Part shown: positions 48,106-58,596 of the stretch, piece by piece | Layout of the letters: the number at the start of each line of letters is the position of its first letter | Numbering within the stretch: position 1 is the stretch's first letter | Assembly: GCA_963762565.1 (NCBI GenBank) | Contig: CAVXLD010000003.1 | Coordinates: forward strand, 800,001 to 864,000 | From: an uncultured Verrucomicrobiae bacterium | Lineage (GTDB): Bacteria > Verrucomicrobiota > Verrucomicrobiia > Chthoniobacterales > JAFAMB01 | Direction: 5' to 3' | DNA length: 64,000 nucleotides | Made by a program: the position numbers and the translations under genes | Notes under the pieces: model-generated | The model's input: the letters and a program-made list of their open reading frames with translations, nothing else | Database searches by the model: none | What the model was told of the DNA's origin: nothing

Positions 48106-49152
48106 ATGGCCAAATTCGATAGCATCTTAGGCACCGTCGGAAACACGCCTGTCGTCCGGATCAACAGGCTGAAACCTCTCGGGATCAACCTGTTCGTCAA
48201 GATTGAGGCGTTCAATCCGCTGGGGTCCGTCAAGGACCGTCTTGCGCTCGGCGTGATTGAGGCCGCAGAACGCTCAGGCGAGCTCAAGCCCGGACAGACG
48301 GTTATCGAGGCCACAAGCGGCAATACCGGCATCGGCCTTGCCATGGTGTGCGCGCAGAAGGGCTATCCGCTGGTGGTGACGATGGCGGAGCAGTTTAGCG
48401 TCGAACGGCGCAGGCTGATGCGCTTTCTCGGCGCCAAGGTCGTGCTGACACCGCAGGCAGGGCGCGGTATGGCGATGGTGACCAAGGCGATCGAGCTTGC
48501 CCGCACCCACGGTTGGTTCCTAACCCGTCAGTTCGAAAACGAGGCCAATGCCGACATGCATTCTCGGACCACAGCGCGAGAAATCGTCGAGGATTTCAGG
48601 GGCGAGAGACTTGACTACTGGGTGACTGGATACGGCACCGGCGGAACGCTTAAGGGAGTATCGCGAGTACTCGCCAAGGAGATGCCGCAGACGAAGATCG
48701 TCGTCTGCGAGCCTGAAGACGCGCAATTACTGAGCAGCGGCATCGATCAGGCGCGCAATCCCGACGGTTCACCGGCTGCCGCCCATCCGGCATTCAAGCC
48801 GCACCCGATGCAGGGTTGGACACCGGATTTCATCCCCAAGCTGACCGCCGATGCCGTGAAGCTGAACATCATCCACCGGATCATCGCCGTGCCGGGTGCC
48901 GAGGCGATCCGTTGCTCGGCGGAGCTCGCCAGCAAGGAGGGCATCTTCGTGGGAATCACCGCCGGAGCCACCTTCGCAGGAGCCTTGCGCGTGTGTGCCG
49001 ACGCCCCGAAGGGCTCAACCGTATTGTGCATGTTACCCGACACTGGTGAACGCTATCTGAGCACGCCTTTGTTTGCCAATGTGCCGGCGGACATGACACC
49101 GGAGGAGCTGGAGATTTCTAGATCGACACCGAGCGCACAATTTCCGTCGTGA
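48106..49152 (+). CDS. cysK: Cysteine synthase (O-acetylserine sulfhydrylase family)
   Basis: KIEAFNPLGSVKDR (PLP Lys), EATSGNTG, GYGTGGT, PDTGERYLST. Confidence 0.9.
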   Translation: MAKFDSILGTVGNTPVVRINRLKPLGINLFVKIEAFNPLGSVKDRLALGVIEAAERSGELKPGQTVIEATSGNTGIGLAMVCAQKGYPLVVTMAEQFSVERRRLMRFLGAKVVLTPQAGRGMAMVTKAIELARTHGWFLTRQFENEANADMHSRTTAREIVEDFRGERLDYWVTGYGTGGTLKGVSRVLAKEMPQTKIVVCEPEDAQLLSSGIDQARNPDGSPAAAHPAFKPHPMQGWTPDFIPKLTADAVKLNIIHRIIAVPGAEAIRCSAELASKEGIFVGITAGATFAGALRVCADAPKGSTVLCMLPDTGERYLSTPLFANVPADMTPEELEISRSTPSAQFPS

Positions 49153-49612
49153 CCGAGAGCGTAGTGTTAGCTTTGCGATGCGCTAGATTGTGATTTCGCG
49201 ACGATTCCGGCCGTTGAATCTCGTCTTTTAGAATTGCTGCGTTGTTTTGGTCCCGGCACTGAATTCAAATTGAGGCGCCGCAACGAACAACCTGTTGTGA
49301 TTTGGGGAAGCGCTGGAGCCAAGCAAGGAAATGATCCTGCTGCAGGTTAATTGAGTTCCATCGGCAAATCGATCTTGGGAAAAGCTTAGCAATGGGAACA
49401 GGTCAGCGGCGCTTTAAATGATAGAAGGCGAGTACCGCCCTTGGTGACCGAAAAGCCAGTCCAATAAAATGAAGGTGGAGACGGACGCTCTATAGGTACA
49501 CAGAAGATTGAGGCGGAAAGTTTCAGGGCGGCCTGAGTCTTTTGATGGGCTCGATTTTTCATGCGGCATCAGAAACCAAACGGGGTAAGATTCTCGCACT
49601 AAGGAGCATACG

Positions 49613-52465
49613 GTGGCGACAACCCCGGCCAAACGAGCCTGCTCGGTGTGCGGTACGCTGTTGGCGGACGATAGCCCGTACTGCCCCGTTTGCGCCTTGC
49701 GCGGTGCTGTCGAAACCCAAAGCGACTCGGTCTCGGATACCTCTTCGGAGCTCTGTTTTGAGCACTACCAGGTTCTCAAAAAAGAAGATGGAACGTCGAT
49801 CGAACTCGGACGCGGTGGCATGGGAGTCACCTACAAAGCCATTGATACCCATCTCCGGTGCCCGGTGGCTCTCAAGATCATTAGTGCACAATTCATCGGG
49901 AATGAATCTGCCCGGAGCCGTTTCCTGCGGGAAGCCCGAGCAGCAGCCAGCGTCCACCATCCGAATGTAGCCACGGTGCATCATCTGGGAGAAAGCGGCG
50001 GGAATTACTTTTATGCGATGGAGTTTGTGGATGGGGAAACGTTAGAAGCCCTCATCCGTCGCGGCGGCCGGTTGGAGACCGAACTGGCTCTCGAAATCGT
50101 GACGCAGGTCGCTGCAGGGCTAACTGCGATCCACAAACAGCATCTCGTTCATCGCGACATTAAGCCCAGCAATATCATGCTCAGCTGGGAGGAGGGTCGA
50201 TTGGAAAACGTCAAGATAATCGACCTGGGCTTAGCGAAAGGAGTCACGGAGGACACGCTTTCGATCGCGGGAAGTTTTATTGGAACTCCCTCCTATGCTA
50301 GTCCGGAACAATTTGCCGGACTTGGGACGGACATCCGTTCTGATCTGTATTCATTGGGGGTAACGCTTTGGGAAATGCTTTCCGGTAAGCCTCCGTTCCA
50401 AGGGTCAGCCGCGGAATTGATGGACCAACATCAGCGTGGCACGCCGCCCTTAGTCAAACTGCGGAATATCCCGGAGCCCATTATGGCGTTGATCGACGTC
50501 CTGCTTGCGAAGGACCCTAGCCAGCGTTTTCAAAATCCTGCTCAATTGCAGAAGGCGATAACGAAGGTTCGAGGAGCGATCGGTTCCGGGTCACGATTGA
50601 CGGCGGACGAGCTGCGATCGGTCAGCGCTGAAGTGACCGCGAACACGTCAAAAAGGAAGCCGAGAAGGCAGGCTGTTCGCTGGGTGCTGGGTGTCGGCTT
50701 ATGCCTTGTCGGAGGACTCATCGCCCGGTTTTTCTTTTTCGGCCACGCAGGGTTCTTGTCTAACCAGCGAGTGACCGAAGCGGTACCCACCGAAAAAAGT
50801 GTCGCCGTGCTGCCCTTTGAAAACATCAGCCCAAACAAAGATGATGCTTACTTCGCGGACGGAGTGCAGGATGAGATTCTCAATAATCTGGCTAAAATTG
50901 CTCAACTCAAAGTCACTAGCCGGACCTCGGTGATGCAGTATCGCTCGGACACCAAACGCGATCTGCGCCAGATCGCCACCACTCTAGGAGTGGCAAACGT
51001 GCTGGAGGGCACCGTCCGTCGTGATGGAAATCACGTGCGTGTTAGTACCGAGTTAGTCGATGCCCGAAATGACAACACGATTTGGGCTGATAGTTATGAT
51101 CGGGATCTGACCGACATCTTTGCCATCCAGAGCGAGGTAGCCCAGACCATCGCGAGCAAGTTGAGTGCGACGCTTTCCGCGGCAGAAAAGAAAACGATCG
51201 AAGCGAAACCGACCGACAATCTAGACGCCTACGACTTTTATCTCCGAGGGAAAGAGCGACTTCTTAGTGCCGAACTTTCTGCACTTTCCGTGGACCTAGA
51301 GTTTCTGAGGGACGCTGCTAGTTTTTTCGAAAAAGCGTTGCGCCTCGACCCAAAGTTTACGCTTGCGTACTGCGCTAGCGAGCATGCGTACGACCTAATC
51401 TATTTCAACTTCGATCCCAGCCCCGAGTGGCTGGCCAAGGCGGATCAAGCAGCGAACACTGCTTTGCGATTACAGCCCGATCTTCCCGAGGTTCATTTGG
51501 CCAGCGCACGCCATCTTTACTATGGCTACCGGGACTATGAAGGCGCCCGGGCGCAGCTGGCGTTAGCCAGGCGCGGTCTACCCGATTATTCCGAGGCGAA
51601 GTACTACCAAGCCCTTATTGATAGGCGGCAGGGTAAGTTGCAGGAAGCGATAGAAAACCTCAATGAAGCGATTACGCGTGACCCCGGCAATCCAGACTAT
51701 ATATATGACTTGGCCGTTTCACTCTACGTGGCACGCCAGTTTCGAGCTGCCGGACAAGCCTATGATCGGGTGATCGAGCTGCGACCCGATCAGCCAATGC
51801 TTAAGCTCGAAAAAGAAGTATATACAGGCTTCCTAAAAAATGGAGATACCAGTGCAGTTTGGTCAGCGATCAGTGCCCTCCCGTCGTCTGTTGCCGGCAC
51901 TAGCGATGCTCTCTCTTCGCGACTCGAGTTGGCTTTGACGGATCGTGATTTGGATCAAGCAGCCCAACTTATCGAAAAGATGAAGGGCGGCCAGGTCGCC
52001 AACTTTGCCTACGCACCTCGACTGGTGCCAGTTGAATGTTACTCCGTTCTCATATCACGGCTTCGGGAAGAACGCCCGAGCTCAACTGCAGCGTTCGCCT
52101 CGACACGAGAGCAATTGAATCTACAGGTCCTGAAGTCACCGCGGGATGCCCTTCTGCTGAGCCAGTTAGCGGTATTAGACGCTTTACTGAATAACAAGCA
52201 AACCGCCATTTCCGAAGCCAAGCGCGCTGCCGAAATACTGCCAGTCTCCAAAGATACACTGTATGGTCCGGGTATTTTGATGAACTTAGGTGTTGTCTAC
52301 GCGTGGACCAACGACTTGGATCTAGCGTTTAACACCTTGGGTCCGCTGACTAAAATGCCGAACGGCATTTATTATGGCCAACTAAAGCGCCATGCATATT
52401 GGGATCCACTGCGGAAGGATCCGCGCTTTGAGAAATTGTTAGCGCAGCTAGCGCCACGGGATTGA
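49613..52465 (+). CDS. Hanks-type Ser/Thr protein kinase with N-terminal zinc ribbon, TolB-like domain and TPRs
   Basis: CSVC..CPVC; LGRGGMG, VALK, HRDIKPSN, DLG, YASPEQ; AVLPFENIS..YFADGVQDEIL; TPRs. Confidence 0.92.
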   Translation: MATTPAKRACSVCGTLLADDSPYCPVCALRGAVETQSDSVSDTSSELCFEHYQVLKKEDGTSIELGRGGMGVTYKAIDTHLRCPVALKIISAQFIGNESARSRFLREARAAASVHHPNVATVHHLGESGGNYFYAMEFVDGETLEALIRRGGRLETELALEIVTQVAAGLTAIHKQHLVHRDIKPSNIMLSWEEGRLENVKIIDLGLAKGVTEDTLSIAGSFIGTPSYASPEQFAGLGTDIRSDLYSLGVTLWEMLSGKPPFQGSAAELMDQHQRGTPPLVKLRNIPEPIMALIDVLLAKDPSQRFQNPAQLQKAITKVRGAIGSGSRLTADELRSVSAEVTANTSKRKPRRQAVRWVLGVGLCLVGGLIARFFFFGHAGFLSNQRVTEAVPTEKSVAVLPFENISPNKDDAYFADGVQDEILNNLAKIAQLKVTSRTSVMQYRSDTKRDLRQIATTLGVANVLEGTVRRDGNHVRVSTELVDARNDNTIWADSYDRDLTDIFAIQSEVAQTIASKLSATLSAAEKKTIEAKPTDNLDAYDFYLRGKERLLSAELSALSVDLEFLRDAASFFEKALRLDPKFTLAYCASEHAYDLIYFNFDPSPEWLAKADQAANTALRLQPDLPEVHLASARHLYYGYRDYEGARAQLALARRGLPDYSEAKYYQALIDRRQGKLQEAIENLNEAITRDPGNPDYIYDLAVSLYVARQFRAAGQAYDRVIELRPDQPMLKLEKEVYTGFLKNGDTSAVWSAISALPSSVAGTSDALSSRLELALTDRDLDQAAQLIEKMKGGQVANFAYAPRLVPVECYSVLISRLREERPSSTAAFASTREQLNLQVLKSPRDALLLSQLAVLDALLNNKQTAISEAKRAAEILPVSKDTLYGPGILMNLGVVYAWTNDLDLAFNTLGPLTKMPNGIYYGQLKRHAYWDPLRKDPRFEKLLAQLAPRD

Positions 52466-52510
52466 TCGCGACGCTCAAGACTCACATAGTGAACCAGCCG
52501 ACGAGAAATA

Positions 52511-52705
52511 ATGAATAAGAAACAAAAGTGGGTGAGAGCAGACAAGCTACAGCCGGAGGATCGGGTTCAGGACGCCAAGGGCAAAATAGTCACTATTAAA
52601 GATGTAAGTCAGGGAATTTTCCCGGGGTCGATCCTGATTACACTGCAAGACGCTGATCCGGATTTTCTTTACCTAGAATCTGATACGAAAGTTTTCGTGG
52701 AATAG
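52511..52705 (+). CDS. Small hypothetical protein
   Basis: 64-aa ORF with ATG start and plausible beta-rich composition. Confidence 0.45.
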   Translation: MNKKQKWVRADKLQPEDRVQDAKGKIVTIKDVSQGIFPGSILITLQDADPDFLYLESDTKVFVE

Positions 52706-52880
52706 CAGCGCCGGATCACGCAGCCCTTCGAGGCCAACGACGAGTCGTTGCGACACTACTCTCTAACTCATCCTGCTAACGCGGACCCACCTTTAAACGC
52801 CGGCGAAACATCGGGCGGCCTCTTGCCCGATATTGCTTGGGAACGGACAGCCTCTTATTATACTGGAGGAAGCTTACACC

Positions 52881-53135
52881 GTGACGCACGAAACTCTCAA
52901 TCAAATCAAGCTCGCGCAGCATAAGCCGATCGCGAAGAAGCTTCGTGAAAATCCCGAGACGATTCTTGCCTTAGCCCGGCGCAACCTGCAGCGGTATATC
53001 GGAGACCGGCCGGCGCCGGCGACCTCCCTTTGGCGGGAGTGGCGGACTCTCCTCGAAGAAAACTCCATCGATCGCATCGTCGCCGTCATGACGGCCAAGA
53101 CCCAGAAGGTGCACTGCAGCGGGGTCGAGTCTTAA
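52881..53135 (+). pseudogene. Truncated antitoxin-like helical protein
   Basis: H..IAKKLRENPETIL.LARRNLQR...WREWR.LL pattern; ends in the adjacent IR element without the LRQxSPF-type tail I expect for this family. Confidence 0.5.
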
Positions 53136-53368
53136 TAAGCAACAGACCTTCCAGATGTTTGTTAGTGGCACGGCTGGCTTTGATAGCCAGACAACCCGGT
53201 TAATAGCCATACTCACAGGCAACCATTCTTCCCTTCCGGCCGTCTGAAGCTTGGTCAGCAGACATCCCTTCTTGTCGCGCGTCGCATGCGGGGGCTTGAC
53301 CAACAAAGCACCGATTTAAAACGAAGACCAAACGCCGGTAAATTCTGTTGCTTGTTGAGACTCGACCC
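53122..53368. mobile_element. MITE/REP-like element with 25-bp terminal inverted repeats
   Basis: GGGTCGAGTCTTAATAAGCAACAGA (53122-53146) versus TCTGTTGCTTGTTGAGACTCGACCC (53344-53368), 23/25 complementary. Confidence 0.7.
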
Positions 53369-53617
53369 TAAGGCTAAACTTCCCTTGCAGAGAAGGATTT
53401 CCCCGAAGCATCGGGTTATACTCACCAGACGGCTATTCGGAGGGCCGTTCCCCTGCCCCTTCAAGCGTGTCACGCCTCGGAACCTACTCAGGCAGCTTCC
53501 CACTTGAAGCACCCGTTTGAACTTCGTAACTGAGCCTGCCCATCCGCTGACATCTCAAAGATGCGGCGCCGCTTCGCTACGTTGATGACAAGCTGCCTCT
53601 CGGTTAATATAGCCAGC

Positions 53618-54619
53618 ATGGATGCCATCTATTGGCTGCTCGATTCGGATCCGGCAATAAGCTGGCAGGCGATGCGAGATCTCACTGACGCCTCCCCGGC
53701 GACGGTTGCGGCAGAACGTGCTCGCGTCCCACGCGAAGGGCTCGGCGCCGAAATTCTCGCCCACCAGGGACCGGACGGATCGTGGCGCCGGGCTGATGCG
53801 CCCATCTGGTCGACGACTCTCTTTACGTTGCTCCTTTTGCGCGCGACCGGCATCGACCGCGCCGAACCTGCCGTCGAGTCGGCGGTGACCCGGCTCGAGA
53901 GAGGCATTCGGTGGAACGACGAAGGCGACTGCTGGGAGTTGCGTTCGCCGGAGACAGGAGGAAATACGTTCTTTGAGGGTGAAGTGGAGCCGTGCATCAA
54001 CGGCGGCGCCCTCGGGCTCGGCGCCTACCTCGGATGCCCCACAGAAAGCCTCGCGCGCCGTCTCGTCGGCGAGCAGCTTGAGGACGGCGGCTGGAACTGC
54101 GAGGCGCCGAAGAGTGCGCGCTCGTCGTTCCACACCACGATCTGCGTGCTGGAGGGGCTGATCGAGTACGAGCGTGCGGTCGGGTTTGTGCCTGAGATCG
54201 CATCAGCCCGGCAACGCGGCGAGGAGTACCTGCTTGAGCGTGGCCTCTTCCGTCGGCGCTCCACCGGCGAGATCGCCAATTCCGCGTTCCTAGAGTTGGC
54301 GTTCCCCTCCGGCTACCGTTACGACATTCTCCGTGCGCTCGACTATTTCAGGCGGGCAGATGTTCAGCCCGACGCGCGTATGAGCGATGCCGTGGATATC
54401 ATCGAAAGCAGGCGGCAGAACGACGGTCGATGGCTCCTCGACTGCGCGTATGACGAGGCGCTAGCCTTGCCCTTTGGCGAATCCGTAGAGGAGCCGAGCC
54501 GGTGGAACACGCTTCGGGCGCTCCGTGTGCTCCGCTGGTACAAGCGAGGAAGGCTCGAGCCGACGAGCGCCCAGAGGCCAAGCCTTTCAACGACGATGGA
54601 GACAGGCCTTAACGCCTGA
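53618..54619 (+). CDS. Prenyltransferase/squalene-cyclase-like alpha/alpha-barrel protein
   Basis: WLLDSDPAISWQ, QGPDGSW, EVEPCING, QLEDGGWNCE, YDILRALDYF, SRWNTLRALRVL. Confidence 0.8.
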   Translation: MDAIYWLLDSDPAISWQAMRDLTDASPATVAAERARVPREGLGAEILAHQGPDGSWRRADAPIWSTTLFTLLLLRATGIDRAEPAVESAVTRLERGIRWNDEGDCWELRSPETGGNTFFEGEVEPCINGGALGLGAYLGCPTESLARRLVGEQLEDGGWNCEAPKSARSSFHTTICVLEGLIEYERAVGFVPEIASARQRGEEYLLERGLFRRRSTGEIANSAFLELAFPSGYRYDILRALDYFRRADVQPDARMSDAVDIIESRRQNDGRWLLDCAYDEALALPFGESVEEPSRWNTLRALRVLRWYKRGRLEPTSAQRPSLSTTMETGLNA

Positions 54620-54669
54620 TTAAGGCGTCAGCGCACGAAACGGAAAATAAAGCTTGTTTATTGCAATCC

Positions 54670-55293
54670 TCATATTCTCGGCTTGGCCAGGGGTGGGCAC
54701 ACTTCCCCTTCGTTTACACTGAAGCAGTCGTTCCAGTTTTTCCGAAAGGTGTTCAGGATTGATGGATACACGATCCAATGGCGAAAAGGGGCGATGGCAG
54801 CCATGTAGTAAGGCGTGAACCGATTTAGGCTAAGGACGAACACTCCTAGGTACAACCGGTAGAACTTCTCATCTTCTATTAGGGCGACCGATAAGGCTGC
54901 ATGCACAAGCTTGTTTCTTAGCTCAGAGAGATGCTCATTGGGGAGACTGTATACCACGCGAAAGTCCCCCTCCGGCGTGCCGGGTTGAATAACTGATTGG
55001 TCGCAAACATCCGGCGGGACTTGCGAAACGAACGTCGGAGTCGAAGCTAAGTCCGATCGTCGGTCCCAACCGAGGGTCTTCCCGATCCTTCGGCGCAGCC
55101 GGAGTAGGGTTCGAACCGAGGGAGACAATCCCATGCCAGGCAGGGGCGACAGCTTCAGGAACTGACGGAGAGTAATCCCGGGACGCCAGTGGGCCAGATC
55201 GATAGCCCAGGCATCATGCAATGGGACTCCCGCAAGAACCGTATGAACGCGCAGAGGAAGTCTCTTAAATTCTTGTCTCGAAACCGTGGGCAT
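54670..55293 (-). CDS. DUF2867-like protein
   Basis: LHDAW, LLRLR, ELRNKLVH, YMAAIAPFRHWIVYP. Confidence 0.7.
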   Translation of the reverse strand: MPTVSRQEFKRLPLRVHTVLAGVPLHDAWAIDLAHWRPGITLRQFLKLSPLPGMGLSPSVRTLLRLRRRIGKTLGWDRRSDLASTPTFVSQVPPDVCDQSVIQPGTPEGDFRVVYSLPNEHLSELRNKLVHAALSVALIEDEKFYRLYLGVFVLSLNRFTPYYMAAIAPFRHWIVYPSILNTFRKNWNDCFSVNEGEVCPPLAKPRI

Positions 55294-55372
55294 CAGGTCA
55301 CCTTTGTTTGCAGGGACTCGCCGGGCGAGGACGCCGCTGCCCGGCATTGAAACTTAACCGACCTAGCCGTCT

Positions 55373-55394
55373 ATTTATGAGTATACTCATAAAT
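55373..55394. promoter_or_regulatory. Perfect 22-bp palindrome, probable TetR operator
   Basis: ATTTATGAGTATACTCATAAAT between the divergent DUF2867 gene and the tetR start. Confidence 0.75.
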
Positions 55395-55917
55395 GATGGC
55401 CCTCAGTAAAGCAGCAGATTGCAGACGAAGCGGACGTCGCCGTCGGTACTCTTTTCCTCTACATCTCAGACAAGAGCGAGTTGCTGCTAAGGCTATTCCA
55501 CAACGCCATTGATCGGGAACTCGAACCCGCTGTACGACGCATGAAATCGAACAGGAAGTTTCTCCCAGCCGTCCGGCGATTTCTTGAAGACTTGATCGCT
55601 CCATACGAAAAAGATCGAGAGCTCGCCAAGGTATTCTGCCGCGAATTCTTGTTTCATAGAGGAGAGGTTCGGGCCGAACTGGATAAGCAGGCGTCTGAGA
55701 TTTTGCGTGCCCTCGCCGAGGTCATTACCGTTGCCCAAAAGAGGGGGGATATAGATAAACGTGTTGATCCTTCTGTGGGTGCGTGCAATTCTACGCCATC
55801 TTCAATTCGACGCTGGCATTCCACCTCGCAGATTGTCTTCCGGGCAAATCTCCGAGTCTCACTTTGAATGCTCTGCTTCAATCAGCATGGCTCGGCCTGG
55901 CTCCGCGCAGTGAGTAG
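55393..55917 (+). pseudogene. TetR family regulator pseudogene
   Basis: QQIADEADVAVGTLFLYISDKSELL (HTH second half) is out of frame with ATG 55393/55396; helix 1 missing; second frameshift near 55780 before QFYAIF...WLGLAPRSE*. Confidence 0.8.
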
Positions 55918-55943
55918 AGACCATCGAGTCGAGGCCAGCTTCG

Positions 55944-58379
55944 CTACTCTTCCCTGAGCAGCCGCGCTGGATCGACATGCAAGGCGCGGCGGACTGGGCT
56001 GGCGACCGACAGAATGCCGGTGATAAGCAGCGTTGCCATAACCGCCAAAAGGACGAATGGGTCCTGAGCTGAGGCTTGGTAGACAACAGCAGAAAGAATC
56101 TGGCTGCCCGCCACACCCAGCAGAGTACCGACGACCGATCCGCAAGCGAGCAATATCAACATACGGCCAAGTGCCGCCCACAGGATCTGCTTGCCCTGTG
56201 CGCCCAGGGCGACCCGAATGCTGAGCTCGCGTAGCCTTTTACCGACGGTGTACGAAGCGACACTGAAGGTGCCAGTAACCGATAACAATAGACCGAACCC
56301 GCCGAACACACTGAGAGCAACTGTCGCCATTTGCGAGGGGAACAGCGAAAGTCCCAGCTGGCTCGTCCACGAGCCGGAGTCAAGTATCGGCACCGCCGGG
56401 TCCATATCCCGAATCGCTTTGCGAATACTGGCGGCTATTTCGTTGTTCGGATCACCGGGCTGGGTCCGGATAATCAGTACGGTATTCGTAGCTGGCTCTT
56501 GTGAGATAGGAAAGAATACGGCCGGTGACGCGTCTTCGCTGAGTGTTAAATACTTTCCGTCTCCTACTAACCCGACGATTTGATAGGATGTGCCGGAAGA
56601 GCGTTTGAAATAGCGCCCGATCACCACTTCTGAGTGGAACACTGCGCGGGCAAACTCGCGATTTACCACTGCCACTCGGGGCGTTTGTGGGGTATCGAGA
56701 TAGCTGACATCGCGTCCGGCCAGCAAGGTTGTTCCGGAGGCGCTGAAATAGCCGGGAGAGGAGCTATACGTGAAAGCGTTGGCGATCCGGTTGGAGTCCT
56801 TGAAATCGGTTGTCGTCTGCGAGTAGATATCGACCGTGTTTATTCGGTTGAGCGACAACGGCGTCGAATTCGCGTAACCGGCTAATTGCACTCCCGGTAG
56901 ACGCGATACCCGGTCCAGCAATTCACGCTGGAAACGGGCCGCTGAATCGCCATGGTAACCGGCCCAACCCAAATCAAACTCAGTCCTCAGGGTATTAGCC
57001 GGGTTGAACCCGACATCCATTTTCATGGCCCGGGACAAACCGCGCAGCGAGACGAACGCAGCCGTTACCGTGACGCAACAAAGCGCAATTTGGGCCGCTA
57101 ATAACAGGTCTCGCAGCGCCCAAAAGCGCCCGGTGGAAGGGCGGCTGTCGGCACTCTTAATCGCATCGTTAGGATCGGTCTTGAAAATCTGTGGCAACGG
57201 CATGAGCCCAAACAGAACCGCGGCGACCATCGAAATCAGCAATGCCTCTAGGATCAAGGACGGCTGGGGTACAACCAGAAAAATGAAAGGCAAAGGAGTG
57301 GGCGGATGCCAATTTGCTAAACCGGTCAACGCCAGCCACGCCAGCGCCCAAGCGCAGACCCCGGCGAAGATTGAGATTAACAAGGCCTCCACCAAAACTT
57401 GCCGGAAAATGCGCCACCGGTTAGACCCGATGGCGATACGAATCGCGATCTCGCGGGTGCGGTCTAATGTTCGCAGCGCAAATAAACTGCCGAGATTAGC
57501 GCAAGCGGCCAGCAACACGATTCCGGCTAAAACCATTACACCGGTTAAAAACCCATTTAGCGGTCCACCCAAGAACTCACCCTGGAATCCAGGACGAACC
57601 AGTCTTAATACCAAACCATCTTCCTCAACCGGATACTGGCGTTTCATCCGATCAACGATCGTCTTCAGTTCGGCCTCCGCCTGGGGCAAACCGACACCAT
57701 CTTTCAGACGCACGATGGACATCATGCTCCCGACGCGACGGTCCTCAAGAATGTTGGTTCCCTCGGTTGAATCTTTGTTAGCGAGGGGCATGAAAATCTC
57801 CGGCTGAAAATATTTCTCCGTGCCATAGAAACCTTCAGGCGTAACTCCAACCACTGTGTATGGCCGCTTGTTGATACGGACCTTCTTACCGACAATGTGC
57901 GGGTCAGCCCCAAAATAGCTTTTCCATGCCGGCCAGGTAAGGACGACCGCGTCGGAAGCACCGGGGTGAGCGTCATCAGCGGGTTGCAACAAACGGCCCA
58001 GGAACGGAGTGATGCCGGCGACGTCGAAGTATTGTCCATTCACCTCATAGGTCCAAACCGCCCGGGAGATCCCGTCTGCTTCCAAGCCGACATTATAGAT
58101 AGAAACCGCGCCAACCCCGGAAAACACGGTATTACTATCCCGGACATCCCGTATTTCCGGATAACTGAAAACCGGATACGCGTTGCTCTCGCGGGCCAAT
58201 TGCATCACCCGATCCGGGCCCGGCACATTCAACGGCCGCAGGATCAGCCCCTGAAGTACGCCGAAAACGATCACATTAGCGGCGATCCCCAGCGACAGGA
58301 TCACAACTGCAGTTAAGGCAAAACCAGGAGAATGGCGCAATTGTCGGAGGGCGAACCGTATATCTTGGAGAAGGTTCAT
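55944..58379 (-). CDS. ADOP-family duplicated ABC permease (MacB_PCD/FtsX x2)
   Basis: QDIRFALRQLRHSPGF, LAACANL, REIAIRIAIG, RELSIRVALGA, RRALHVDP..LREE. Confidence 0.9.
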   Translation of the reverse strand: MNLLQDIRFALRQLRHSPGFALTAVVILSLGIAANVIVFGVLQGLILRPLNVPGPDRVMQLARESNAYPVFSYPEIRDVRDSNTVFSGVGAVSIYNVGLEADGISRAVWTYEVNGQYFDVAGITPFLGRLLQPADDAHPGASDAVVLTWPAWKSYFGADPHIVGKKVRINKRPYTVVGVTPEGFYGTEKYFQPEIFMPLANKDSTEGTNILEDRRVGSMMSIVRLKDGVGLPQAEAELKTIVDRMKRQYPVEEDGLVLRLVRPGFQGEFLGGPLNGFLTGVMVLAGIVLLAACANLGSLFALRTLDRTREIAIRIAIGSNRWRIFRQVLVEALLISIFAGVCAWALAWLALTGLANWHPPTPLPFIFLVVPQPSLILEALLISMVAAVLFGLMPLPQIFKTDPNDAIKSADSRPSTGRFWALRDLLLAAQIALCCVTVTAAFVSLRGLSRAMKMDVGFNPANTLRTEFDLGWAGYHGDSAARFQRELLDRVSRLPGVQLAGYANSTPLSLNRINTVDIYSQTTTDFKDSNRIANAFTYSSSPGYFSASGTTLLAGRDVSYLDTPQTPRVAVVNREFARAVFHSEVVIGRYFKRSSGTSYQIVGLVGDGKYLTLSEDASPAVFFPISQEPATNTVLIIRTQPGDPNNEIAASIRKAIRDMDPAVPILDSGSWTSQLGLSLFPSQMATVALSVFGGFGLLLSVTGTFSVASYTVGKRLRELSIRVALGAQGKQILWAALGRMLILLACGSVVGTLLGVAGSQILSAVVYQASAQDPFVLLAVMATLLITGILSVASPVRRALHVDPARLLREE

Positions 58380-58596
58380 AGAGCTCGCGGTCCGCATTGC
58401 ACGAATTATGCCAAACGCGGTTCCACCCTATCTCGCGGCCGTTTCCCTAGACAGAAACAGAGAACTATTTCAGGTGACTGTCCCAAATTGATAACCGCCT
58501 TTCCCATTCTGAGACGGCTGGAGAAGGTGAGAAGTGAGAAGTGAGAAGCCTGCCCTGAGCAAGCCTAAGCGCGTCGAAGGGGTGATCGGAAAGATT

